DNA of 49,037 nt from Octopus bimaculoides (taxonomy: Eukaryota), in assembly GCF_001194135.2 (NCBI RefSeq), contig NC_068982.1, positions 80,732,842 to 80,781,878 of the forward strand, in the 5' to 3' direction. Positions 1 to 11,418 of this stretch are shown in pieces (position 1 is the first letter of the stretch; every line of letters begins with the position of its first letter). The notes beneath the pieces were generated by a model. It saw only the letters and a program-made list of their open reading frames with translations, made no database searches and was not told the DNA's origin. Position numbers and translations under genes: made by a program.

Positions 1-480
1 GTGGTGGTTGTGGTGGTGGTTGTGGTGATGATGGTGGTGTTGGTGGTTGTGCTGGTTGTGCTGATGGTTGTGGTGATGATAGTGGTGTTGGTGGTTGTGG
101 TGGTCGTGGTGGTGGTAGTGGTTGTGATGGTGATGGTTGTTGTGGTGGTGGTTATAGTGATGATGGTTTTGCTGGTGGTGTTGTTTGTGGTAGTTTCCGT
201 GACAGTGATGGTGTTAGTTACAGTGCTGTCAGTGTTGGTGGTGATGATGATGGAGGTAGTAGTCATGGTGATGGTGGTGATGATAGGAGTAATCATGATG
301 GTTGGTGAAGTGTTGTTGCTTTCTGTTTTAGTGGCGAAGGTAATGGTAGTGGTGGGGCTAGTGATAGTGGTAGTGGTGATGGTCATATTAATGTTGAGAA
401 CAGGGGGTCAGGTCATGGAGGAGACGTCCTTGTTGTCGTCGTCGCTGCTGTTGTTATTGCCGTTGTTGTTAATTCGATTA

Positions 481-547
<67 letters not shown>

Positions 548-560
548 TGTTGTTGTTGCT
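1..560. repeat. Compound degenerate trinucleotide repeat (GTG/GTA/GTT/GAT) ending in (TAG)n
   Basis: Directly visible; explains the poly-Val ORF at 1..483, which is not a protein. Confidence 0.95.
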
Positions 561-975
561 GATGTGGCCAACTACAAGTGGCCGTTGTCATAAGTCATTT
601 GCTCTCTTAGACTCGACCAAAAATATTACATAAATAAAACAATGGTTTTGCTACCGGAAGTAGACGTTCTACTTTGTTTTATTTCTAATGTTATTGTTTG
701 TTTTGCCAGCATGTCGTCCAAAGTACTCATACCAGTCTAGCTGGAAAAGAGGTTCTCTAAATTTAGACAGGAATAATGAAAATAGAATCTTAGTTATTAG
801 ATAAACAGATTTTGTAATTCGTAGTTGACTCTCGCCTTTTACGGTCCGATAAAATAAAATCCAATGAACTTGACTATACTCCACCTCTTTCACAAGGACT
901 GGAGTATATTCCTGTTGAATTTAATTTAATCTTATTATTAGATATTATTGAGCTTCTGAAGTTTCTATCAATGAT

Positions 976-1183
976 TGCGAAGGGATGCTGAAAAGATCGT
1001 GGCGAAAGGCCTGGTTGGAGGCCTAACCTTCCGAGTTCTTTTACAGGGCTGAGAAAAACTGAAGGACCACTGCAGTAAGTGTATGAATCTGAGAGGGGAA
1101 TGCGTTGAATAAAATCATAATTATTTGATTCTCCTATATTTTCTTTTACCCAAAACCAGGAACTTTTCAGTACCCGCCTCGTA
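976..1183 (+). mobile_element. Mariner-derived non-autonomous element (MITE)
   Basis: Imperfect TIRs: left TGCGAAGGGATGCTGAAAAGATCGTGG versus reverse complement of the right end TACGAGGCGGGTACTGAAAAGTTCCTGG. The internal + strand reads EKLKDHCSKCMNLRGECVE*, like the C-terminus of mariner transposases (RWxKCIxxxGxYxE*). Confidence 0.8.
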
Positions 1184-1344
1184 CAAGGGAGGGGCAAATA
1201 TAATTAAGCTCTATATTAAGATGCATTGATTTTTTTAAATGACAAAAGATTTGTAAGTATGTATGTGTGTGTGGTTGTGTGTGTGTGTGTGTTTGTGTAT
1301 GTGTGTGTGTTTGTGTGTGTGTGCATGCGTGTGTGTGCGCGCGC

Positions 1345-1435
1345 CTGTCCACCACCGCCTGACAATCGGTTTTGATTTGTATACGTCTCCGTAACTTAGC
1401 TGTTAGGCAAAAGATCCGGAGAGAATAAGTAATGC
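1345..1435 (+). mobile_element. SINE 3'-part fragment (family B) preceded by a (TG)n tract at 1260-1345
   Basis: GTATACGTCTCCGTAACTTAGCTGTTAGGCAAAAGA...AGAATAAGTA matches the copies at 6884-7035 and 11128-11300. Confidence 0.65.
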
Positions 1436-2645
1436 CTTCAAGTCTATGCCTTAGCAAGGCTGCAGTCCAATGTCTGAAACAAGTANNNNNNNNNNNNNNN
1501 NNNNNNNNNNNNNNNNNNNNNNNNNNNNNNNNNNNNNNNNNNNNNNNNNNNNNNNNNNNNNNNNNNNNNNNNNNNNNNNNNNNNNNNNNNNNNNNNNNNN
1601 NNNNNNNNNNNNNNNNNNNNNNNNNNNNNNNNNNTATGTTTAAGTTACCCCTTATCTCTGGTACTATGACCAGTGGCTCTCCGGAAACACTATTTTGCTG
1701 ATCCCTACTGTCGTTTTCACTACTGTTACTTTTCCAGCTTCTCTAATTCCTAAGAACAGAAATCTCTGAGTGATCTCGGTATTTTGCTCAGCACTATCAA
1801 TCTGGTCACCTTTTTGCTTCTACACCCACAACGGAGTACTTCTCGGGAATTGCCCTGTAGTTTTCGGTAGACGCGAAGTATGGCCATCCATATCTCAAAC
1901 GGCCACGTCTTTCTGTGCTATTTCTGCGCTCATTATACACCCACTGTGCACTGCATTATTGCAAGCGTCACTGTCGCTAATATTGTCTGTGTCTTTAGCG
2001 TTGTGTTATACTATGTGACAAGGGCACCAGATGATGTGTCGGTGTGCTCCATCTGATTTGCCCGTTTTCTTGTTTCGTCTACTGTTTCGAAGAACAGGCA
2101 CGCACTACCATATGTTCTACCCCGATCAATATACGAAGCATGGCTCAACTTTGCTTCTGATAGCAATCGAAGACTGCCCACTCTCTCTCTCTCAGTGTCA
2201 CTCGGGAGTAAGTTATTTGCTTCCTTTCTCGTCTTTAGATATAAATCCCTGGGGCAAGAAAGTACTAGCATTAGTAACGTATATCTTTCACAATGTTTTT
2301 TGTCCATTAACGCTCCAACAACAATGATATAAAATACTTTTGTCATTCTTTTCTCTTTGAATTCTACGTTGTTATTATTATCAATGAAAATTTTCTTACG
2401 TACGTTTCCTGCTCTAGACTAAAGCGAGAAGCTAATTTCGATGAATATAATAAAAAAATAAACAAGGTCGAATGCTAAAAGTAAACATTTTGCGTTTCCA
2501 CCCAAGTAATAGATTAGATGTCCATACGTTCTAAACACTGTTTATAAAAGAATTATAGAAAGAAAATACATTTTGCAGTGAAGCTTGATTATAATCGAAT
2601 TCTTCAGCTGCAGTAGAAGACACTTTTGTTTCGGTCAAGACACAA

Positions 2646-2711
<66 letters not shown>

Positions 2712-2808
2712 TAATAATAATAAAGAATAAGCACCACCAAAAAGCAGTCGTTGATAGTCTGGCTTGTTTGATGACGCGCATTTTCGTGCCTGTGGAGGTA
2801 GCTGTAGA

Positions 2809-2850
2809 GCAGTGTTTCCCAACCATTTTCCCCACCAGACCCCACTTAAA
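2809..2850 (+). mobile_element. Possible hAT-type terminal fragment
   Basis: CAGTGTTTCCCAACC resembles hAT/Charlie TIR starts and the CAGTGGTTCTCAACC at 30851; no partner end found. Confidence 0.35.
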
Positions 2851-2861
2851 TTTCCAGAAGT

Positions 2862-3677
2862 AATGGGAAAAGAGGAATGATGCAGTTAGAACAATGCTGT
2901 AAGACCTCCACAATAGCAATGAATAAGCACTTATCTAGTACAGAGGGCTGGATGTTGCAACTTGTGTACAAACACGAAAGCAGTAAAAAATCACATTTTA
3001 TTGTTAAGGGAACTTGGTATTAACCCTGAAATAGTTGAAGAACCTGAAACCACTGCCACAAAACAAGCAAAACGGATGAAGCAGACTGCAGAAACAAATT
3101 AAGGAGCGGTGGAGTCAGAAGCCTCTGCATGGACAGTATATAATTCGAGGTCAAAATCCTGATGTAGACCAAGCAGCAACCCATCAGTGCCTGAAGAGTT
3201 CAGGATTGAAAGCAGAAACTAAAGGTTCCATATTGGCGGCACAAGACCAAAGCTGGCTTACAAAAAAAAACAAAAAAAAAAACTACCAGGCTAAAGGTTC
3301 TTCAAACCGGTTCTGACCCTAAATGCAGATTTTGTAACATATTTGATGAAACAACAGATCATCTCGTCTTGGGATGTCCTGTGCTGACACCAAACGAATA
3401 CAAAAATCGCCACGGTAGGGTAGGACAGTATCTACATTGGAAAATATGTAAACAGTACAAAATTAGCACTCCTGCTTATTGGTATGAACATCACCCCGAG
3501 CCAGTCGCTGAAGGTAAAAATATCACTATCCTCTGGGACTTTCCAGTCAACACTGACAGAACGATCTATGCTAATCAACCAGTCATAATTATTAATGACG
3601 AGGAAGAAAACGCTTATAGACTAATAGATGTAAGTGCTCCCACTGGTGAAAATATAACTGTAATGGAATTTGACTAA
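2862..3677 (+). mobile_element. R4/Dong-like RLE non-LTR retrotransposon, decayed 3' fragment
   Basis: Frameshifted translation gives GKRGMMQLE...KPLHGQY...[21 protein letters not shown], then a CCHC knuckle CRFC-x8-H-x4-C (from 3324), RHGRVGQYLHWKIC, and the RLE region ILWDFPVNTDRTIYANQPV...LIDVSAP, where the catalytic PD is mutated to PV. Confidence 0.9.
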
Positions 3678-3764
3678 TTAATTTGAATCATTACAAATAT
3701 TTTCATCAAAGTGGTTGTTGAAGTCAAAAGTAAACAAAAGTTGATCCCACTTACAACATAGCAG

Positions 3765-4140
3765 TTATACATTTGCAATGTTTGCGAGCATCCATATCTT
3801 GGACTCAAAGTTGCGTCGCCGAACATGTTGCTCGAGGACGTTTCTACATGGGAGCAGTGAAGCGAGATCGAATTGCTTAGATTTTGTGAGAACATCCTTC
3901 CCACCGCACTTTACTCGCAAGGTTGTGAACTGCCATGTATTCCCATTTTTTGTCCTTTTGTTACCATACAGCACACATGTGAACCTCTCCAGTTCATTCA
4001 TCACCTCTTCATTGATTTCCCAAGATCTCTCCTAACTTGGAGAACGCTTTCTAAAATGATTCATCTGTTTCAATGACTTTCAATCCATTCACTTTCCCCT
4101 TCCCTTTGAAGGCACTGGTACTATCGTACCCAGTGAAGGC
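3765..4140 (-). mobile_element. XPG/FEN-like nuclease domain fragment, probably from an Academ (AcademX-type) DNA transposon
   Basis: Minus strand reads AFTGYDSTSAFKGKGKV...*KAFSKLGE (frameshift) SWEINEEVMNELERFTCVLYG...LASLLPCRNVLEQHVRRRNFESKIW. This fits the TGCDxxSxFxGxGK ... ExFxCxLYG ... LPPxxxxLxxHxxRxxxQxxIW pattern of transposon-borne XPG domains. Confidence 0.7.
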
Positions 4141-4235
4141 TCCGCCAAGGTCGACTTTACCTTTCATCCTTTCAGGGTCAATAAAGTAAGTGCCAAAATT
4201 GCTGGTGCTGTGCCAAATTTTGAAACCAATATTTC
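4137..4235 (+). mobile_element. tRNA-derived SINE (family A), 5'-truncated
   Basis: CCGCCAAGGTCGACTTTACCTTTCATCCTTTCAGGGTCAATAAA...TGTGCCAAATTTTGAAACC is shared with copies at 12358, 23222, 25425, 27545 and 42615. Confidence 0.8.
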
Positions 4236-5204
4236 ATTACTTCGCATGCATACGCATGTTCCCTGGCGAATTCTTTTCCCCATAACGTCCAGAAAAATGG
4301 AAAATTTTTAATGAAACTTTCTGCAAATACGCCTCGGATGGTGTAGATTCCGATTTATTATAAAAAGATATTCCGGGAGTAGGAAGAGGAATTTCAAAAA
4401 ATTCGCATGAGTCAACTTTGTTTCCACATAACTTTCACAAAAACGGATACTATTTAGAAATTTTCTACAAAATGTGCAGATTACGATAACATCTTACTGA
4501 CACATATCCACAAATTGAAACTCGGAAAACGTGATGTGTGTCATATATATGAGTCTGTGATCATCATATTTCTTTTCACATCTACATTCTATTATAATCG
4601 TAATTTACACACTCTGAAACCTATTTGTAGAAAATTTCATTCAAAAATACCCACTTTTTCAAAAATTATGAGGAAACAAATCCAGCTTGTTTGAATTTTC
4701 TGAAACACCTCTCCTCATCCCATCCATCACAAAATGTTTTTTCACAACAAATTCTGATATGATCGGAATTTACACAATATGAAATGTATATGTACAATAT
4801 TTCATTTAACAATATTTATTTTCAGAAAGTAAAGTTATTAGAAGGGGAGGGGCAATATTGTAAGTATGCCTATTGTTTTAACAACAATAAATATACTTTT
4901 AGAGTTTTTCTTTTCAAAATAATACTAACATAACATTCCTATTAAATATCTACCTATCATCTTCTTTCGCTTCACTATTATTTTATATGAAACAATATTT
5001 GGTTATATAAATGTACGTTATATATAAACAAATGATATACTTCTTTGTTTCAGTTTAAATCAAAAGGTTGACAATAATGTGAATAAGATGGGCTCAATTT
5101 TTCGCTACACATAACGTAGATAGGATAGCAGTATTTAAACTAATACTGTTTTGTAACGAACAATAACTGTATTACAAGTGTAAGAGTTTGTATACACACA
5201 CGTC

Positions 5205-5236
<32 letters not shown>

Positions 5237-5528
5237 CACATACTGAAATTTATTCGCAGTATTTAGGTAGTAGTGTGCTTTATAAACGCACGTTATTCTA
5301 ACATGATTGCATTTCATCTCGTAACTCTGTTTTATGTTTTGCAGTGTTGACCTGCGAACTTCCAGCATGTTGCATGTCTTTCCAGCATTCTTCTCTCATG
5401 TGTATACTTATACATATAAACTATACGAATACATGATATAATGATATCAAATCAACGAAAACATGCTATCTTAAAGATAGCATGTTCGCACCAGTGTGTG
5501 TGTGTGTGTGTGTTCATATATATATATA

Positions 5529-5596
<68 letters not shown>

Positions 5597-6159
5597 NNNN
5601 NNNNNNNNNNNNNNNNNNNNNNNNNNNNNNNNNNNNNNNNNNNNNNNNNNNNNNNNNNNNNNNNNNNNNNNNNNNNNNNNNNNNNNNNNNNNNNNNNNNN
5701 NNNNNNNNNNNNNNNNNNNNNNNNNNNNNNNNNNNNNNNNNNNNNNNNNNNNNNNNNNNNNNNNNNNNNNNNNNNNNNNNNNNNNNNNNNNNNNNNNNNN
5801 NNNNNNNNNNNNNNNNNNNNNNNNNNNNNNNNNNNNNNNNNNNNNNNNNNNNNNNNNNNNNNNNNNNNNNNNNNNNNNNNNNNNNNNNNNNNNNNNNNNN
5901 NNNNNNNNNTGGTTTTCCCACTCTCGCCTCCCCCACCTCCCAGCAGCATCACACCATCACACCACACACCACTACACCATACACCACCATACCATACAAC
6001 ACTATATCACATCACATCACACCACACACACACACTAGCACTGACCACTTCCCAGCCCCATATCCACACACATACACATATACACACGCACACGCTAAGG
6101 TCAGCAGCCCTCTTCCACACGCACATACATACTCTCTTATACACACGCACGCGCATCTT

Positions 6160-6326
6160 CGTTTTGGGATCACCACTACTTTATTATCTCCCCTTCTTCC
6201 TAGCTCTCCTGTGTGAACCCTCTGCCCGGCATTCGCCATGATAGATCACTAGACACTACACATTCGTTATTTTCTCTCCTTGCTTCTTTCTGTGTTACTT
6301 TCTGAGGAGGAGTATAGGCTCGAAAC
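6160..6326 (+). mobile_element. Penelope-like terminal-repeat (pLTR)-like fragment with a hammerhead-like core, cut by a gap
   Basis: CTGAGGA-G-GAGT(ATAG)GCTC-GAAAC at 6302-6326 has CUGANGA, a stem II and GAAAC; stem III and the cleavage site lie in the N-gap. Confidence 0.5.
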
Positions 6327-6883
6327 NNNNNNNNNNNNNNNNNNNNNNNNNNNNNNNNNNNNNNNNNNNNNNNNNNNNNNNNNNNNNNNNNNNNNNNNNN
6401 NNNNNNNNNNNNNNNNNNNNNNNNNNNNNNNNNNNNNNNNNNNNNNNNNNNNNNNNNNNNNNNNNNNNNNNNNNNNNNNNNNNNNNNNNNNNNNNNNNNN
6501 NNNNNNNNNNNNNNNNNNNNNNNNNNNNNNNNNNNNNNNNNNNNNNNNNNNNNNNNNNNNNNNNNNNNNNNNNNNNNNNNNNNNNNNNNNNNNNNNNNNN
6601 NNNNNNNNNNNNNNNNNNNNNNNNNNNNNNNNNNNNNNNNNNNNNNNNNNNNNNNNNNNNNNNNNNNNNNNNNNNNNNNNNNNNNNNNNNNNNNNNNNNN
6701 NNNNNNNNNNNNNNNNNNNNNNNNNNNNNNNNNNNNNNNNNNNNNNNNNNNNNNNNNNNNNNNNNNNNNNNNNNNNNNNNNNNNNNNNNNNNNNNNNNNN
6801 NNNNNNNNNNNNNNNNNNNNNNNNNNNNNNNNNNNNNNNNNNNNNNNNNNNNNNNNNNNNNNNNNNNNNNNNNNNNNNNNNNN

Positions 6884-7035
6884 TGTTTACGTCCCCGTAA
6901 CCTAGCGGCTCGGCAAAAGAAACCGATAGAATAAGTACTAAGCTTACAAAGAGTAAACCCTGGGGTCAATTTGCTCGACTAAAGGCGGTGCTCCAGCATG
7001 AGCGTAGTCAAATGACTGAAACAAGTAAAAGAGTA
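6884..7035 (+). mobile_element. SINE 3' part (family B)
   Basis: TGTTTACGTCCCCGTAACCTAGCGGCTCGGCAAAAGAAACCGATAGAATAAGTACT...GGCGGTGCTCCAGCATG...AAATGACTGAAACAAGTAAAAGAG; homologous to the inverted copy at 11128-11300. Confidence 0.8.
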
Positions 7036-7099
7036 TATACGTACAACATGCATACATAAATTTGTGTGAGTGTGTGTATGTGTGTGTGTGTGTGTGTGT

Positions 7100-7615
7100 G
7101 AAGAGGGGGAAAACAATATAACTGGTAGAAAGGAGAGTCAGAAAGAATTAATAAAAAATGAAATATCGAACGGGTGATGGAAGTAAGAAGAAATACAGAG
7201 AAAAAAACATAGACTGAAGAAAAAGAACGAATGACAGATAAACCGAATGAAAAAGAAAGAAATGAAAGAATTAGAGGATGGAATGAAAATATACAGGATG
7301 AGACCGAAGAAATACGAAATGAATGAATAAATGAAAGAAAAAGACAATGAATGAAATGAAATGATGTATCAAAGAAAAAATATGAAGAATAAGAATGAAA
7401 AATAAGAAAGAGATAAAAGATAAAAGAGGGTGAAAGAATAAAAGACAAGAAAGAATGAAGAAAAGTGCAGAATGAATGGTAGAATAATAAAATGAAAGGT
7501 AGACATAAAGAAAGATATAGAAAAGAAAGAAGAAAGACAGGAAGCAAGGAAGGAGAAGAGAGAGAGAGAAAGAAGGAGTGGTATGGAAGAAAGAAGGAAA
7601 GAATTTCAGTAGGAA
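7100..7615. repeat. Degenerate purine-rich (GAAA/GAAT) low-complexity tract
   Basis: Directly visible; explains the F/L/S-rich minus-strand ORFs. Confidence 0.85.
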
Positions 7616-8509
7616 ACCGGTTCCTTTTCATGAATTTGGTGCTTTGTTGTAGAAACTACAAAGACGGCTTAGAACGAGTTTGAAAATGGCGGTGTTTGTG
7701 GTGAAGCTTGTTATGTGTGACTATGCGTATGTCTTAGCGGAAGACACACTAAAGCTCACGTACACATAACACACGTATTAACCCATAAGTACACACACAC
7801 GCACACTCACAGATGTGCACGCATATATATANNNNNNNNNNNNNNNNNNNNNNNNNNNNNNNNNNNNNNNNNNNNNNNNNNNNNNNNNNNNNNNNNNNNN
7901 NNNNNNNNNNNNNNNNNNNNNNNNNNNNNNNNNNNNNNNNNNNNNNNNNNNNNNNNNNNNNNNNNNNNNNNNNNNNNNNNNNNNNNNNNNNNNNNNNNNN
8001 NNNNNNNNNNNNNNNNNNNNNNNNNNNNNNNNNNNNNNNNNNNNNNNNNNNNNNNNNNNNNNNNNNNNNNNNNNNNNNNNNNNNNNNNNNNNNNNNNNNN
8101 NNNNNNNNNNNNNNNNNNNNNNNNNNNNNNNNNNNNNNNNNNNNNNNNNNNNNNNNNNNNNNNNNNNNNNNNNNNNNNNNNNNNNNNNNNNNNNNNNNNN
8201 NNNNNNNNNNNNNNNNNNNNNNNNNNNNNNNNNNNNNNNNNNNNNNNNNNNNNNNNNNNNNNNNNNNNNNNNNNNNNNNNNNNNNNNNNNNNNNNNNNNN
8301 NNNNNNNNNNNNNNNNNNNNNNNNNNNNNNNNNNNNNNNNNNNNNNNNNNNNNNNNNNNNNNNNNNNTGTGTATGTATATATATACACGTATGTATACAT
8401 GTATGTATGTACGTATGTATGTACGTGCTTGGGTGAGACCGAGAAAAAGAGAGAGAGGATTGAGAGGGAGGGAGGGAAGCTGTAGCGACTATTGACAGTA
8501 TTGCAGTAT

Positions 8510-8555
<46 letters not shown>

Positions 8556-8719
8556 GTATGTCAATGCGTGTGTGAGGTGGAAAGTGTGATAAGTGTGATA
8601 GGTGGGGTATGATAGGGGCTGAGGGAGGGGAGGTTGTTCTGACTACGTTGAGTGCGTCTGGGAGATTACGTCAATGACAGCAGAGAGAACAAATAGCAGC
8701 AGTAGCAGCAGCGTTGACA

Positions 8720-8736
8720 ACAATCGATAGGTAGAG

Positions 8737-8819
<83 letters not shown>

Positions 8820-9200
8820 AGCGATGTTGATAATGACGAAGTTGTGTTGACAACGACGGTGGAGACGCGGAAGGTCTCAGTGACGATGATGATAATGACG
8901 ATGACAATGATGGTGGTGGTGCTGAGAATGTAGAGCTGACAACGACGGCGGCTGTGACATTGACAACAATGACGACAGCGGCGGCGGCGGCGACGACGAC
9001 GACGATGATGATGATGATGATGATAATGACGTTGATGATGGTGGTGGTAATGGTGGTGATGAAAAAGACGTAGAGGGAAGAGGGTTGGAGGATCGGGCCA
9101 TGAAGATGAGAAGAGGAGAAGAGGAGGAGGAAGTTTGTCAGTTGAATGTTGTTTGTGATGTTGTGGTAATGATGCCGGTGGCGGTGGCGTTAACAAAGGA
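8720..9200. repeat. Compound (GAT)n/(GAC)n/(GGT)n trinucleotide array
   Basis: Directly visible. Confidence 0.95.
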
Positions 9201-9827
9201 TGTGATAATTAGATGTGAAAGAAGTTATTGAGTGTGTGTGGGGTAGGGCATTAGGGATGTGGTGGGGTAGGAAGTGACCATGTTTAATTATGGAGGCGGC
9301 TGTGTTGTCATGTGTCTACAATTATNNNNNNNNNNNNNNNNNNNNNNNNNNNNNNNNNNNNNNNNNNNNNNNNNNNNNNNNNNNNNNNNNNNNNNNNNNN
9401 NNNNNNNNNNNNNNNNNNNNNNNNNNNNNNNNNNNNNNNNNNNNNNNNNNNNNNNNNNNNNNNNNNNNNNNNNNNNNNNNNNNNNNNNNNNNNNNNNNNN
9501 NNNNNNNNNNNNNNNNNNNNNNNNNNNNNNNNNNNNNNNNNNNNNNNNNNNNNNNNNNNNNNNNNNNNNNNNNNNNNNNNNNNNNNNNNNNNNNNNNNNN
9601 NNNNNNNNNNNNNNNNNNNNNNNNNNNNNNNNNNNNNNNNNNNNNNNNNNNNNNNNNNNNNNNNNNNNNNNNNNNNNNNNNNNNNNNNNNNNNNNNNNNN
9701 NNNNNNNNNNNNNNNNNNNNNNNNNNNNNNNNNNNNNNNNNNNNNNNNNNNNNNNNNNNNNNNNNNNNNNNNNNNNNNNNNNNNNNNNNNNNNNNNNNNN
9801 NNNNNNNNNNNNNNNNNNNNNNNNNNN

Positions 9828-9903
9828 AGAAGAAGAAGAAGAAGAAGAAGAAGAAGAAGAAGAAGAAGAAGAAGAAGAAGGAGGAGGAGGAGGAGGAGGA
9901 GGA
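9828..9903. repeat. (AGA)n-(GGA)n microsatellite next to a gap
   Basis: Directly visible. Confidence 0.95.
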
Positions 9904-10517
9904 CTTAACGGAATTAAGAGGAGCTGGGAGTATGTCGGCGGAAGAAAAGAAAGAATTCGTTGGAAAAAGAAATTCGAAGAACCTGAAACTTGCAAACCAA
10001 CAGAAGTTGTAGAATTTGGTTTTTGTTGAGGCAAAAGAGAAAAGAAAAGAGATTCTTTAGCTATTCTCGATGCAAGAATCGAAACTATATTGCCGGGTTT
10101 GTTTTGTTAGACAAACCGGCTCGCATAAACTGACTCGTTTTCATGATTACCACATGGACTACAACCTGCAGGAAATAACAGTCAGTCTCCAGGAATCTTA
10201 TCCTCTTTTGTTTTAAATATGTGGGCACATCGGATAATGTAGGTCCTGGATATACAATGTTCGAATAAAGACAAATTGGCCTTCGTTGGAAGCATTGATA
10301 TTACGACCAGTTTTAGCCAATCCATGGTCAAAATGTTGACATCACATTTTCAAATCCCCCGTTAACAGACAGCAATCCTTATACTACACTAGGTTTCCAT
10401 GAAGGCAAGAGTGTCATGGCTGGCAAGTCATTGGTTAATGTTCTGATTGATTATAGCCGATCTGGAACCAAATAGGAAGATGTCAAACATCTCATTAGCA
10501 TAATGTAGTCATAGATA

Positions 10518-10873
10518 TTATAACCTTTGCCTTCGCTAAGGCGGAGGTATTGTTTTCAGTCGTGTTTGTTTGTCTGTCTGTCCGTGGACAAGATACCTCA
10601 ATAACCGCTGGATAGATTCTGATGAAACTGTCAGGGATGTTTGACCTCGTGACTGGCACGAACTGATTAGATTTTGGGACCGATCTGGTACCGGACAAGG
10701 ATTCTGGATTAGTTTTTTTTTTTTTTTTTTTAACTTAATCTTTGAGAGAGGTCGGGTTCATTTTCAGTATTCTCGTTTGTGAAAGCAGTCGAGTTTATTT
10801 CAGATATTCTCATTTTAAAAATCATCTCTGGCTAATCGTTGGGAGGAGGTTTGCGCTCTCTGAGTGCTCTTGT
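10518..10873 (+). mobile_element. Non-autonomous DNA element with sub-terminal hairpins and a GTCT/GTTT microsatellite (HINE/Helentron-associated or Crypton-V-like)
   Basis: 5' hairpin CCTTCGC-TAAG-GCGGAGG, then TGTTTGTTTGTCTGTCTGTCCGT; 3' GGAGGAGGT followed by the hairpin GCGCTC-TCT-GAGTGC; no coding capacity. Confidence 0.6.
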
Positions 10874-11127
10874 TGAAATAGGTATTGGTGAAAAGATGAG
10901 ATTGTCACAGCAAGAGAGTCTTTGCTTCATCTGGACATCATTATTTCTATAGAAAATATCACTTTCAAAAATTTCAATTTTTTCACCCAAAATATCAATA
11001 CCGATGCCTTTCGATTAGTTTTCCATGTTAAATTTGTGGTCATAAACCGAAAGATTGCTCAAGAAAGTGACAAAATTTTTATAAAATGCCGTTTTGGAGT
11101 CTCTATATTAATCTTTATTCTGCTGCT

Positions 11128-11300
11128 TATTTCAGTCATTGGACGACAGCCAAGCTGAGGCTAGGCCTTGAAGCGTTCACTCGAACAATCGACCTTCGTA
11201 CTTATATTTTCAAGTACGGTTCATATTCTGTCGGGCTATTGCCAAGCTGCTAAGTTACAGTGGTGTAAACAAATACAAGCGGTGGTGGGGAACAAACAAA
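11128..11300 (-). mobile_element. SINE 3' part (family B), diverged
   Basis: Reverse-complement homology to 6884-7035 (TTCAGTCATT...GCTAAGTTAC...TGTAAAC). Confidence 0.7.
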
Positions 11301-11362
11301 TAGAAAAGCTCGTACATGTAGATGCGTGTGTGCATATATGTATGTGTGTGTGTGTGTGTGTG

Positions 11363-11418
<56 letters not shown>

